From the human T2T-CHM13v2.0 reference genome, Homo sapiens, in NCBI RefSeq assembly GCF_009914755.1, contig NC_060933.1: a stretch of 64,000 nt of DNA; one strand, given 5' to 3'. The notes beneath the pieces are model-generated. The model searched no databases. It was not told where the DNA came from and saw only the letters and a program-made list of their open reading frames with translations. Made by a program: the position numbers and the translations under genes. Positions 25,576 through 46,119 of the stretch are shown one piece after another (the stretch's first letter is position 1; every line of letters begins with the position of its first letter).

Positions 25576-25961
25576 CTACCTTCTACTTCCATAAATACAT
25601 TATGCTTTATAACAATGTATTGTGTTGCCACATACAACAGACCTTTATGAACTGCTAATACAACTTTTCAGTCTCACTCTGAACAATTCTAGATTGTTGA
25701 GAAACCTTTTGTTGCTGTTGTTGAAGTATATTCTACAAATATAAAAGAAAAAATTGTGAAATAACAATTAGGGTAAAATTTTAAATTTAGCAAAAAATAT
25801 TCTACATTAAACTTAAATAGTTTTAAAATCAATACTTTAAAAATTTTGTTTTTAACAACTATTATGACCAAATTTAGGTAATTTGTGTTTACCACTAATG
25901 TGCAACAATATAATCCTACCAGTGGCTGAATAGGAAATTTTAGCAATATTCAAGACTTGTC

Positions 25962-27699
<1,738 letters not shown>

Positions 27700-27700
<1 letters not shown>

Positions 27701-27872
27701 TAGATGACTTATAATACCTAATACTGTGTAAATAGTAGTTACACTGTATTTTTTAATTTGTATTTTTTATTGTTGTGTTCTTATTTTTAATTGTTTTCTT
27801 CCAAATATTTTTCATCCATGATTGGATGAATCTACAGATACGGAGCCTCCATATACAGAGGGTTGGCTGTGT
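27700..27872. mobile_element. MER8/Tigger-family fragment
   Basis: cttataatacctaatac.gtgtaaatagt.gttacactgtatt...ttggatgaatctacagatacggagcc...gagggttggctg. Confidence 0.6.
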
Positions 27873-28189
27873 AGAGATTTAAACTAGTTGCATGGACAAT
27901 GGGCAAATGATCCAAACTAGATCAGTGATATTTCTCCAGAGGAATTTTCTGCTAGAGGTATTGAGATTTTCTCAGTCTACTGGGGTTACTTAACTTGTAG
28001 TAAGCCTACGATTGCAAAAACTGTCCTGCTTACTACATTGAGACACCTTACTAAGAATTGGTGAGAGAACCCAGATGACACTGTATGAACAACTCCTTCC
28101 CTGTGTCCATCTAGCTATGCCTGAAGCTAAACTTACCCACAGCTGCTTTTATATAAAGTATTAATAATAATCCTTCTTTTGTACGAGGA

Positions 28190-28317
28190 AGCTCTCTTCT
28201 TTCATTTGCCTATTAAACTTTCCCCTCCTTCACCCACCCATGTGTGCCCATGTCCTTAATCTTCTTGGTGCAAGATGATGAACTGCAGGTATTTCCCCAG
28301 ACAATGAAGCTGCTTCA
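28190..28317 (+). mobile_element. 3' end of a MER4-group ERV1 LTR
   Basis: gcctATTAAActt...gtgtgcccatgtccttaatcttcttggtgcaagatgatgaac...ccccagacaatgaagctgcttCA. Confidence 0.55.
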
Positions 28318-29559
28318 CTTTGAGTCCCTCCTCTTATCAGTTTACCTATGTCTGCTGTCCTGGGTTAATCAGTTGGTGGCTGATAGGGGATTGGAATCTG
28401 TTCCTTTTTCTTTCCAATTATGTGAACGTGGAGACTTCTGTAAGTTGATTTTCTCTGAAAAGTTCTATTCAATTCACCAAACGTATTTGAAAACCAGTGT
28501 TTACCAGGCCCTGTGATAGGCACCACGGGTACAGAGATAAGAAGAAATGTCATCCTTCTGACCTTAATCTCAATTTTGAATCCAGTAGAGAAGATAGACA
28601 AATAACAAGTGATTTAATGGAGTGCTGAAATTATAATAGAAGAGCTAAGAGACTAGATAGAGGAGGAGGTGCTTCTCTCCCAGGGTTGGGAAGAATCACT
28701 AGCAGTTTCCAGGCTCCAAGTGTGGGATGGATGTGCGTGCAAAGGCCTGTTGGCACGCAGGAACATTGTATGTCCAGAAAACTGGAAGTATCGCATGCAG
28801 CCACAGCAGAGGATGTGTGTCAGGAGCCGGGTTTTGGAGTGTCCTATTTATGTGATGTGCTGAGGAATTTTTAAGATGTATCATGAAAATTCAGATACAG
28901 AAAAGAATAGTGTGATGAATACCTGTGTACTCATCACCTATTTCATTATTCATCAGCATTTTTCTACTCTTGTCCATCCCTGCTCTCCCCACCCTGCTGC
29001 TTATCTGTAGCATTGAAATGAAGGTGGCCAGCCAACAGAGTGACTGGCAAATAGTGGGCAAGCAGTGAATGTGAGTTCCTTGACTTCCTTTGCTTCTGTG
29101 TGGTGTTATCTATGTCAGACTCTCTTCCCCTTAGTTTCAACTGTAGTTGTTGTTCAGGTTGGATTATCTCCTTCTTCCTAAACTCATCAGGCAGAGAGAA
29201 CTTTACTTTGATCGACAAAGTTGACAAAGAATCTAGTTTTCTTTTGATCATTAAGCATATGTACACTCCTCTTCTTTATCCCTGTGAGGCCCTGGGGATA
29301 GTATATGGTGTACATTCATTTGGGTGTCATTGTACCAGTTAATGCAGTTTTGTGCAGAATTGATATGCCATATATATTTATTAAAGTGATTCAAATTTCT
29401 AGCTTCTTCCCGTATGCTTGGTGTGTGTTCGTCTTAAGGGTCAAATGTGGGTATATATATATCATGTCATCGCTCTTTTCTAATTTCTTCTGGAAAACAA
29501 GCTTTTTTACTTCTTCCTTCCCTTTCTGATAGAACATTTACATTTTTGGTTATAATTTT

Positions 29560-32045
<2,486 letters not shown>

Positions 32046-32626
32046 TTTCTCTTTAGAGCTACTAAAATGAATAATTATATTAATAGATTTTTAAATATTA
32101 AAATATTTTTCTATCCTGGAGTAAACCCCACTTTTTGTTCTATAAGGTTTTTCTTTGTTAATTTTAAACTGGGTTTTTAAAAAAAGCATCTATCACATGA
32201 TATAAATTTTTAGTCTTAAGTACACTAATATTTTTCATTATGACTTCTGCTTTTATGTAGATCTTTTCAAATCATTTGTTGTATGTCTTTTCCTTACTTA
32301 CAGCTAGGATATTTGAGAAGTTTTTTTTCTGTCTGTTGGCTACCTTTAAAAATATAACTTTTACCTAATCCCCTTATTCTTTGTTTTTCCTCTTCTTTTG
32401 TTTTTTTAGGGGGCATGTACTGACCCCCTTTGAACAATGATGAAATTAGAATGTTTCTACTTCTTCCTGTCTTAACTTAAATTTTTTTTGATATATTTAA
32501 GTATACATACATATACAAGTATACTTATTTCTTGGTGCGTAATCTTTACATGATGTCTTTGGCTCAGGTAATGAAAGTGAACATACACTCCCTTTCCCTT
32601 GGGTCATTAAAATAATCTTTTTATAG

Positions 32627-32741
32627 GTGGTATTTTGCGATGATTTCTGTGTCTGGAGTCTTCTCGGTCACGTTTTCTGTTATATTTGCCTATGTAGCTG
32701 ATGTCACTCAGGAGCACGAGCGAAGTACAGCTTATGGATGG
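32627..32741 (+). CDS. MFSD14B: MFSD14B coding exon 5 (WYFAMISVSGVFSVTFSVIFAYVADVTQEHERSTAYGW)
   Basis: ttttatAG|GTGGTAT...GGATGG|GTaaga; 115 nt, phase 2/0; the first G completes the split TG-G Trp codon. Confidence 0.95.
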
Positions 32742-32816
32742 GTAAGATAATAGACTATATATATTTTTTAACCAGAATAGTAATTAACATTGTATTAGAA
32801 ATTTACTGGAAAGTGA

Positions 32817-33200
32817 GTTTATTAGTCCTTTCTTGCACTGCTGTAAAGAAATATCTGAGACTGGGTAATTTATAAAGAAAAGAGGTTTAATTGTCTCACA
32901 GTTCTGCAGGCTATAAAGGAGGCATAGAGGCTTCTGCTTCTGGGGAGGCCTCAGGGAGCTTTTACTCATGATGATGGAAGGCAGAGCCGGAGCAGGCATC
33001 TTCACATGACTGGAGCAGGAGGAAGAGAGAGTGAAGGGGGAGGTGCTACACACTTTTAAACGGCCAGATCTCACAAGAACTCACTTACTATTAACAACCA
33101 AGGAAGGTGGTGCTAAGCCATTCATGAGAAACTACCCCCATGATCCAGTCACCTCCCACCAGGCCCCACCTTCAACATTGGGGATTACAATTGAACATTT
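32817..33200 (-). mobile_element. MSTA/MSTB MaLR solo LTR
   Basis: ctgagactgggtaatttataaagaaaagaggtttaatt...acctcccaccaggccccacc. Confidence 0.85.
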
Positions 33201-34210
33201 GAATTTTTTAAAAAATTAGTTTGATTTGTTTCTTGTTATCTGATCCCCGGAGGAGCGTTAAGCAGTCAAGTTGCACAAGCTCTTTGTGCACCTAATTTGG
33301 AGAGGTGCTGAACCTCAGCAATGTTAATCCATTGTTAACTCTATTAGTGGTTGTGTGTTTTGGACATACATTTGGAACATGGTATGTAGAAAAGGACTAC
33401 ATTCACTCATTCATCAAATCCATAGTTGCTGAATAACAAAAGTTATAGGAGACCTTTTTTTCTGATAATTAAAACCTGACAGTGTTTCTAATTTTCTCAG
33501 GCATGATAATGGCATTATGATTATGTAGAAGAAAGACTTGTTAGAAGATAGCTGAAGCGTTTTACATCAGTGTCAGGACTCTGCCAGTTACTTTCAGATG
33601 TTTCAGGGGAAAAGATAGCATAGCATGTGGATGTGCATGTGTGGGCATGTGTGTTCCATGCCTGAACCTGTGAGACATGGAAGTATGCTTGGTACCCTTC
33701 TCCCGTCTTCCTCTGTATTTGAAAATATTCAGAATAAGAAAGTGGAAGAAGAAAGATGATCTGGCTAGGTTGTGGGGAATAGGTTGGAGGGAGATTGAAT
33801 GCCAGAAACTTAGGTTATTTATCTCCTTTTCCTGGGTCTTTTAAATCTACTTCCTGGAGTAGAGTAAGTTCTCATTCATTGCTGACTGAATGAATAACTT
33901 CCTGAATCAATGATGGGCATATAAATGGGTTACTACTATTCCACAAAACACAACAATTTTTACTTTGTTGACTTTAGACATCAGTAGTTTGAAAACTACT
34001 CTTTCAACCCCACTTCCCTCTGACTCTTCTACCTTCCCTCTCTCTCTCTCCTTGCTTCTTCCCTCCACTCCTGAATGTCCCTCTCATGTCATGCCCTAAA
34101 AAGGGGCATCTTCAGAGTCGTGATGGAGGAGGACAAAGATAGAAGCTGATAGGAAAGCTTCGAAGAAGACAAGATTTGGAGCTCACTCAGGAACACCAAA
34201 AACAAAAATA

Positions 34211-34500
34211 GGCCGGGTGCGGTGGCTCACGCCTGTAATCTCAGCACTTTGAGAGGCTGAGGTGGGGGCGGATCATGAGGTCAAGAAATCGAGACCATCC
34301 TGGCCAACATGGTGAAACCCCGTCTCTACTAAAAATACAAAAATTAGCCGAGCGTGGTGGTGTGCGCTTGTAATCTCAGCTACCTGGGAGGCTGAGGCAG
34401 GAGAATTGCTTGAACCCAGGAGGCAGAGGTTGCAGTGAGCCAAGATCGCGCCACTACACTCCAGGCTGGCGACGGTCAGACCCGCCTCAAAAAAAAAAAT
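34211..34500 (+). mobile_element. AluSc, sense
   Basis: ggtcaagaaatcgagaccatcctggcc diagnostic. Confidence 0.9.
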
Positions 34501-36468
34501 GTCCCCCAAAACTCCAAAAATTAACAACCTCCCCCCGCCCTGCCAAAAAAAAGAAAAGAAAAAACAAAAACAAGAAGGTAGGTTGTTCAAGTTGTGCCCA
34601 TAAGGCTTGGCCAACAGAGTAGTGAGGGACAGCTTTCTTCTACAGCATGGGAAATACCTGTTGAGATACTCATTTTTCTGCAATATTTGATTTTTGTTTC
34701 TCGCTTTCAGCTGGGAAACCCTTCACACAGCTGTTGTGCTGAGCAGTAGTGCTTTCAGGAAAGATTTAAGAGAGTTCTAACCAGAAGCGCCTGTGACTTA
34801 ATTACCCTCTCCAGCTCAGCTCCTCATTGTATAATGGCAGTTAGGGTTAATATCTACTCACAGGGGCATTGAGAGCAATCAGTGAGCGCACACATCCAGA
34901 CTGAGATGGCACTTAGCTGAAGTGTGCTCCCAGCCAGCAGAAGCAACTCAGCATGCAAGGCTGCCTGGATTGCAGTCTACCTATCTTCTAGATATAGGAG
35001 AATTTATTGCCAATTAATTACAGAACGTGTCAGTCAAGTTCTAAGGAGCATTTTGAGACCCATTAAAGAACAGTATAAAAATGTGTACACCTTCCTTACT
35101 CAGACTTCTTCAGTAAACCAAGAAAGTGGTAATTCTTTCAGGGCTACGGCAATGATTAGTCATGTTAATAAGTGAGTTAACACTTACTAAGAGTTTGTTG
35201 TGGGGAAGTCATTCTTTAGATTTATTCATCAGAGTTGTATTGAATGTTAAGTGAAAGAGGAGTTTAGATAAAAACACAGACTAAGCAAGTAGGCTACTTT
35301 AGGCTTTAAGATAGACACATTTTGCATAGAGTTTCATGAGGCCATAGACCCTTTAACACCTGAAGATGCTGCAGCAGTGCCCCCTTAACACCTGAGAAGA
35401 GTGTAGGAATGTTCCCATAACTGTTTGCTTGTCGTTGCAGTTTATAATGCAGTTATTTGGTTGCCCTGATATTCTTGAATAAAGTGGGAAAACCTGAGGG
35501 CAAGAGCTTTGTCTTCTTCATCTGGTACATAGTAGATTCTCAGTAAATATTGAACAAAGGATTCCTATTCCCCACATTGGAATTTTCCACATTCTTTTTT
35601 CCCCTCCAAAAATACTTGAGTTTTAGCTTTTATAGTACTTTTAGTATAATACTAATTTCAGATATACTGTGTTTTTTAATTCAGTTGGGAGATGATGGAT
35701 GAAAAAGAATTTTTTATTGCCAGAAATTTTGGGATTTTTAATAAAATCCATTAGAAGTTTAAAAAGCTAACTTATAGATATGCATTTGACATTTAGTGTG
35801 GTTATAATTTGGAGTTTGCCCGATAAGCATCTGACCATCCAGATTGTGTTCTAAAATAAAGTGGACATTCCACATGCTTATAGGAGTGCACTGTGAAGGG
35901 GCTCAAGGTGGCTTCAGGTTGTGGGTGTGCTTAGCTGGCTCTGTGGTCTCTATACTGGATAGGGTCAGGTGGTGACAGAGAGACAGAAATCTACAGCTGT
36001 CTAGTCAAAAAGCTTCAACTTCCACCTCAACAAATTCTTTGTTGTTGTTAATAGTTTTTTTCTAAGAATAGCAGAGGGTTCCCCCTGACCCCAGGCAGTG
36101 CTAATGAAATGACCACCAAATGATAAAATGTTCAAACAGTGCAGTGTTTTTAGAAGATTAAATCAAGCACAGTACTTGAGTAGTTTGTAAGTTTTATCAT
36201 CAGCCCTGCAGGAATTCTTTTCATACCATCTCACATCCCCGGTCCCCAGTTAAAGAAGACCAAAGAGCTAATGTTTTATTTGTGGGGAAGGTTTTTACAA
36301 TTTTTGTTTGTAATAAGATAATCCTTTTTTACTCTTGTAGCTCTGCAGGGTATCTCCAGTTAATAGTTTATGAACACATTCTTAAATCACTTTAATTCTC
36401 TTTCATTCTTAAAATTTATATGCAACACATTTCTTTTGTCTTACTTAAAGCCAGGGAAGCATGGCTGC

Positions 36469-36608
36469 AGGTATGCACCTGTGGGACCCTGGTTGAGTGT
36501 GCTTTCCTGAAGGTGTGCACCTGCAGCAGGCAGACCTGGGTAAGGATATGCTTTCCCCAGAGGTGTTCACCTATGGGACCCTGGGTGAGAGTGTGCTTTC
36601 CCACAGGT
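36469..36608 (+). repeat. Degenerate 42-50 bp tandem triplication abutting the exon 6 acceptor
   Basis: Three units of AGGT.T.CACCT...CCTGG.T.AG.(.)T.TGCTTTCC.. Confidence 0.85.
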
Positions 36609-36825
36609 CTCAGCCACCTTTGCGGCTAGTCTTGTCAGCAGCCCGGCCATTGGAGCATATCTTTCTGCCAGTTACGGAGACAGCCTCGTTGTGCTGGTGG
36701 CCACAGTGGTGGCTCTTCTGGACATCTGCTTCATCTTAGTGGCTGTTCCAGAATCTCTGCCTGAGAAAATGAGACCGGTTTCCTGGGGAGCTCAGATTTC
36801 TTGGAAACAAGCAGACCCTTTTGCG
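36607..36825 (+). CDS. MFSD14B: MFSD14B coding exon 6 (VSATFAASLVSSPAIGAYL...WKQADPFA)
   Basis: ttcccacAG|GTCTCA...TTTGCG|GTaaat; 219 nt, phase 0/0; overlaps ORF 36691..36915. Confidence 0.95.
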
Positions 36826-38465
36826 GTAAATAAAAATATGGAAATATTTACTTTCCTAAATGTCTTTCTAAGCCAAGCAAATGAAAGTATGTATGTGCAG
36901 CCTCAAGGATCCTAGCAGTTGTTGACTTATTTCTTTAGTAAAAATAGAAAAAATTAATTGCAAGTAAGGGATTGAGTTAGTCTTTGTATTAAGAAATATA
37001 TAGAATTGGTACTTAAGCATGTCATAAACGAAGAGAGAGAAAATGTCTAGTTAATTCTTGGTGAGAGTTTGGGAAGAGAGTTTCTTTTTGCATGGTTGTT
37101 TTCATCCTTTTTAAACAAAATAAGTGAAAGTGGTCATTTGAAGTGGTCATTTTCACTCATTTTAACTCAAAAAGGATAAATGCCTTTGGTTTGAATGAGT
37201 TATTTTAATTTTGACCAGAGACGTTTAATTTGTTTGTTACAGATTGAGTATTGTTTTCTATAATATGTCTCTCTCTCCCTCTCTACCTCCCTCCCTTTCC
37301 TCTCCTTTTCCACCCCCTTCTTTTTTGGCATGGGAAGGTGGTGTGTCACTGGAAAACATATCTTATCTCTCACCTTCTCTCTACCCTACCTGGTTTGAAA
37401 TTGTTCTTGGGGAAAAAAAAAGTTTGTAGACAAAAAAAGAACCAGCAGTTTGGTTTCTGCTTTTCGTCCCCCAAGTTTACCTTTCAGAAAAATTCATGTA
37501 ATCAATCAGAAATTACTTTTTCTAAAATACCCCCTGAGGGCATGACCTAGGGATCCTGCCTGTTCTATTATTGTCACAATGTCAGACACCAAAAGAAATA
37601 TTTAGAGAAGGAAGCCAGTAGTGGGGTTGGGAGCCAGCCAGTTAGGCTTCCCACCTTCCTTTGTAGTGATCAAGTTACGCATCAAAGCTCCTCTGTGAAG
37701 TAGAGCTACTGTGGCTTACTTTTCCGGGCAATCGTGGGGATTACTGTTAATGTCTGTAAATTAACTAGCCTAGTGTCTGTTGCCCAGCAAAGTCTCAACA
37801 ACATTAGCTGCTTTTGCTTATTAATTACATAAAAGCTATGGTCTGATGAGCTAGAAGCTCTGTAGCACTTTCCACTCCTTTGGTATTAACTTACCATTTT
37901 GTTCTATTCAACAATCCAATGTATGTAAGAAGGATTTTTCAACAAGGTTGTAACATTCAACAAGTTCTTACCAGTTTGACCTTATGGCTGGAGCGTACTT
38001 ATTTGTCTACCAGATATAAAAGTTGAACATGAACACTTTGAAGAATAGAGTGAATTTACATATACGGAAACGCTCTGTACTGAATATGGCTTTAAAGAAG
38101 TTACATTATGAATTGAGAGAAGTGATTTTCTTAAAAGGTTCTGTAGGAATATATTTCCAGGTTCTGTTTATAGGAAGTTCGGGATCTGTTCAGGGATTTT
38201 AATCAGTGTGTTAACAAAGATGAGTAAGTGTGTTTTGTGGGTTTATTTTTTTGCTTTTTTTTTTAGCTATATGATTTGAAATACATACCTCTGAAATTAA
38301 GACTTGTAACTTCCTCAGAAAGATGGTGATAGAACTTCCTTTTATTAACCATTTGACTTTTGTTATTCATCTTAATAGATCAAAATAATGAAGCTGATGT
38401 CCCAGAACATTGGCAACATTAATGTGTATTGGCATTTTAAGTGTGTTCTTTCTGCTTATTCTCAG

Positions 38466-38579
38466 TCGTTGAAGAAAGTTGGAAAAGATTCTACTGTCTT
38501 ACTAATCTGCATCACCGTGTTTCTTTCATACCTTCCTGAAGCTGGACAGTATTCAAGTTTTTTTCTCTATCTCAGGCAG
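38466..38579 (+). CDS. MFSD14B: MFSD14B coding exon 7 (SLKKVGKDSTVLLICITVFLSYLPEAGQYSSFFLYLRQ)
   Basis: ttctcAG|TCGTTG...AGGCAG|GTgagt; 114 nt; inside ORF 38388..38642. Confidence 0.95.
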
Positions 38580-38792
38580 GTGAGTAGTGAGTGGCTAGTA
38601 GCCTTTCAATACCAGGAAAATCAAAGATGGAGATTTGTCTAAAGATATTTTGAGGAAACCACTGCAGAGGAAAAAACATGTGAACTTGCTTCTAGTTACA
38701 AATGTAGGTGCTGGCATATAATTAGTAAACAGGGCACCTTTAATGCAATGATTTATAGTAAGATAATTACTGTGGAAATTTTTTTTTCTTGA

Positions 38793-40573
<1,781 letters not shown>

Positions 40574-40959
40574 ATCTTTCCCAGGCATTTCTCTTTTGTT
40601 CATTTTTGGTGGTTGTATGCTAGAGATTTAGAGGGAAGAATGGTGAGATAGTGTAGAAAATTATACTTGTGTCTAAATTAATTTGTGCATTACATTACAT
40701 ATGCATTTAACACAGAAAATAATGTAGGAAGATGAGACAGTCCAAGGAAGAAAGCTAAAAAAAAAGTTACATCTCTTTATGTAGGTAATAAACAACTATG
40801 ACTATTTTATTCTTCTAGCTTTTCTCCTACACATATGCTCATGTCACCACCACCACCAATTATGACAAATCGGAATCATTCCATATTATTTTATATTATT
40901 GCTGGCTGCTAAGAACAATTAACACACTAACATTTTAGTTAAATTTGCATGTGATATTT

Positions 40960-41870
40960 GAAGATCATATATTTGATAAATAACTTGTATCCAGAATACA
41001 TGTAGAACTCTTATAATAAAAGACTTAATAGCATCTTACAATAACTCAACAATAAAGAGACAACTCAGTTGAAAAGATAGGCAAAGGATTTTGCAGAGAA
41101 GATCTACAAAAGGCCAATAAGCACAGGAAAAGAAGAATAACATTATTAGCCGTCAAGGACATGCAAGTCACACCAACAATGAGATAACCATTTCACATGT
41201 TCTAGGATGGCTATCAAAAAGACAGACAAGGATGTGGAGAAATCGGAGCCCTCATACTTGCTGGTGAGAATGTAAAATGGTACAGCTGCTGTAAGAAAAC
41301 AGCCTGGCAGTTCCCCAAAATATTCAACATATAGTTACCATATGACTCAGCAAATATACTCCTAGGTATATATACCCATGAGACATGAAAACACACTTCT
41401 AACACAGAAACTTGTACACAGATTATCATTCATAATGTCTAGAAAGTAGAATCAACTCAAATGTCTATCAGCTAATGAATGGATTAACAAATATGCCTAT
41501 ACATTAGAATGTTAATTATTCAGCAGTAAAAAGCAATGAAGTACAGATACGTGCTACAACATAGGTGAACCTTGACGACATGCTCAGAGAAAGAAGCCAG
41601 TCACAAAGTACTGCACATTATATGATTTCATTTATGTGAAATGCCCAGAATAGGCAAATCCATAGGGACAGGAAGTAGACTAACGGTTGGGGGATGGGAA
41701 GGTTAGGGGAGTAGAACTCCTAATGGCTGCTACGTTTCTTTGAGGAATGATGAAAATCACTTTTGATTGTGCTGATGGTTGCACAACTCTTTGGATATAC
41801 TAAAACCATTGACCTACACACTTAAATGGGTGAATTGTATGGTATTTAAATTCTATCTTAATAAAGCTCT
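40960..41870 (+). mobile_element. L1MB 3' end
   Basis: tgctggtgagaatgtaaaatggtacagc...gaataggcaaatccataggga...aataaagct. Confidence 0.8.
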
Positions 41871-42134
41871 TTAACAATAATATATATTTACAAATAAAGG
41901 CTGAGAATCCCTAAATCTACATTTTCCGGTTCCAGTTTTTAAAACTTCAAACAAAATGTTAATGTCAGCAGCACTGGATTGGCTGTCCAGAGGTTCTAGC
42001 CCTAGGACTTTTCATTAGCCAGTTGTGTCCCTGGAAGCAAGACACTCATTTGTGAAATGAGAATAATGTATATAATTTAATCCCATAATTTTTAAGGTCC
42101 TTTTCCTGAATTTTAATATAGGGCAAAATAATGT

Positions 42135-42486
<352 letters not shown>

Positions 42487-42539
42487 TTAAAAGTTGTAGA
42501 CATTTCGGAGATACTGTTACGGTCAGAGGCTTAGAAATC

Positions 42540-42750
42540 ATTGCCAGGTTACTTTGGCTGCTTATTAGAATCACCATGGGAGCTTTTAAAACATACCTGT
42601 GCCCGGGTCATACCGCCAGAGAGCCTGATTTAACTGGTCTCCAGTGGTCTTCCAGCATCTCACTGCTCTCCTTCCCTTGCTCTCCTTATCCCTTGTCTTT
42701 TGCTTACATCATGATTTTAATGTGCAGGCAAAGTTGAGAGCCACTGGCTT
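42540..42750. mobile_element. MER5A-like hAT remnant
   Basis: ctttggctgcttattagaatcacc.tgggagctttt...aatgtgcaggcaaagttgagagccactg. Confidence 0.6.
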
Positions 42751-43113
42751 TGCTAATGAGCAATGCTGTATTGGCAGCATCAAAAGTCAGTCATTTTGTT
42801 TCATTTTTTATTACTTGATACCATATTTATCAACTTGTGGGTTGGGGATGGAGAGGGTATATAAAACAACAGGTAGACATATAATAGAAAATGTCTATAA
42901 AACATTTCACAATTTAAGTTGTGCCTGCTTATAACAATTTCTTACATCAGTTTTAGATATAAATTACTGGTTATATAGGTTCAGCTTTCAGCATGTCTTA
43001 ATTTGCCACTGGTTTTATGAATTTTCCTAGACTTATCATTGTAATAGAACATAATATTTCTTATTATTTTATAATATCTATATTACTAAAGTGTTTTCAT
43101 TTCATTTCCATAG

Positions 43114-43185
43114 GTCATAGGTTTTGGATCTGTTAAAATTGCAGCATTCATAGCTATGGTAGGAATTCTGTCTATTGTGGCTCAG
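43114..43185 (+). CDS. MFSD14B: MFSD14B coding exon 8 (VIGFGSVKIAAFIAMVGILSIVAQ)
   Basis: ttccatAG|GTCATA...GCTCAG|GTgagt; 72 nt, phase 0/0. Confidence 0.95.
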
Positions 43186-43971
43186 GTGAGTATCATTTTA
43201 TCTATACTTAAAAAATTTAAAAAATATCCTGATAACCATAGTTTCACAGGAAGCCACATATAAAAATGCAGGAAGATATTCCCTGAGCTGCTACCTCAGT
43301 CCCTCACCCCCTGCTATGGTAAGGTCTTGCAAGCTATAGTATAATATCAGATCAAGAAACTGATGTGAATGTGGTCCACAGAACTATTCCTTCTTATATA
43401 ATGTGTAGAGGTTATTTTCTTTTTTGAGGTTGTAATTTAGGGGAAATTTTTTATGTTTTTATTTAAAACAATGTTTTTAAAATTATATCCTTGACCAGGC
43501 AGCCCAGCCTGGTGACTGGCATCCACTCTTGTCTTCAGCCTTGCCTCCTCAGCTCAGGGGCCCTGGCCCCGATGCCACTGCCTAAGTCTCCTCGGAAGCC
43601 ACAGTGGTTCCCCATCCCAGGCCCCTGGGGGCCTCTGGTGCTCCCCTTGCACCAGCATCATCTGCCATTTAGTGTTTTCTCAGAAAAGATGATTTAGGAG
43701 AACTTTGATACAACTTTCCCTACTTTTTAGAATATTTGTCGTAACCTCTGCTGGGTCAATTATTTTATTTGCTTTTACACCAACCAAAATAGTAAATAAT
43801 TATAATCTATCTCTGGATTGCAAAATCAACTAGGAAAATGGTTCAGTGTTATTTTAATGTTGAAAAGTAAGTAGAAATGAAAAGCAGAAATGAAAATCTG
43901 TAACTGCTTTAACTCCGACTGTTCCCAGGACTGAAGAAATATGAATCAGAGCATTAAAACATATTCAGTGA

Positions 43972-44380
<409 letters not shown>

Positions 44381-44728
44381 GGTATTGATAAATGATTTTC
44401 AGTGAGTAGAGAGCATTAACCATTTCCCTATCTATTGTAAATACAGTACCAGAAAAGATGAAGCATATTGTCCTTAAATTAATTCACTGTTGTGCCAAGG
44501 CACACTCACTATATTTTATGGTACTGCCTAGGGGTTGTTTTCCCTGAAATGGTTACCAGGAAAGCAGAGCATTCTTCTGTGGTAACCTCTCTCAAGGAGA
44601 AATGAGAAGGCCGCAAAACTACTACATTTGACAAGGCTTATGGGAATGCATCAAAACAAAGGCTGTTTATATTTTTGTTTTTGTTGAAATGTGTTGCAAA
44701 TGTAAATTATGTTAACCTTTCAAGTTGA

Positions 44729-45004
<276 letters not shown>

Positions 45005-45577
45005 TGATCTGCTTGCCTCGGCCTCCCAAAGTGCTGGGATTACAGGCATGAGCCACCACACCCGGCCAGCCCAGTCATCTTTCATCCAACCCCTTTTTGG
45101 ACTTTCTCAACTAGTTATATTTAGCAGAGTATATATTTGTTAAAATCAAACTTACATCCCAATTCCAACTTTGTAAACTTCCAGCAGAAGCTCTCATATT
45201 CTGTAAATGTTCAGCAGGAGTTTGCTATTCACAGATATTTAAGTGATTAGTATTTCTCCAGAGACTGAGGCTGTCCCTCTCAGTCATGGTAACTGGTGAA
45301 CAGTTGTGATATCCTTTCAGGAAGTGCCAGCAGAGCACCAGGTAGACAGGCTTCTTAGGGAGGAGGCTGAAAGCATTGAGCCCCAGGTCAGGCTGGGAGC
45401 CCCCAACACTCCACCCCTGTAGAAGGTCATCAGTACTGTCCAGACTCTGAGGTTGCAGGTCAGGCAGTGTGCCCTTAGAGGTCTCTGGTCATCAGGGAAG
45501 TGTCTTCACACACAGAGCTTGTATTTTAATTCTGTGTGTTGATGTGGTTTTTCAGAGTTGTCTCCTTTACTTTGCAG

Positions 45578-45690
45578 ACGGCCTTTCTTAGCATCTTGAT
45601 GAGATCATTAGGAAATAAGAATACTGTCCTCCTTGGCTTGGGCTTCCAGATGCTCCAGTTAGCCTGGTACGGTTTTGGATCACAGGCCTG
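45578..45690 (+). CDS. MFSD14B: MFSD14B coding exon 9 (TAFLSILMRSLGNKNTVLLGLGFQMLQLAWYGFGSQA)
   Basis: tttgcAG|ACGGCC...GCCTG|GTaagc; 113 nt, phase 0/2. Confidence 0.95.
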
Positions 45691-45921
45691 GTAAGCCTCA
45701 CTCTTAGATTCTCGTGAACTGCCAGACAGATGCCTCTTAGAGGAGCTTGGGGTGGTTGGGTGTGATGAGAAGGAAGCAAGGGTTATTTTGCTGGTTTGGT
45801 GTATTCAACATTGCAGAAACCATTAGGCTTTAATTTGGGGAAATGTGGAGCTAGATAACAGGATTATTTATAAAGACTGCCTTTATGTCATTGGACTTTC
45901 ACGGAATTGTTCCTTAATTGA

Positions 45922-46119
<198 letters not shown>

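Noticed and set aside
38388-38642. ORF extending on both sides of exon 7
   Set aside because: Explained by the exon; the flanks are intronic with canonical splice sites
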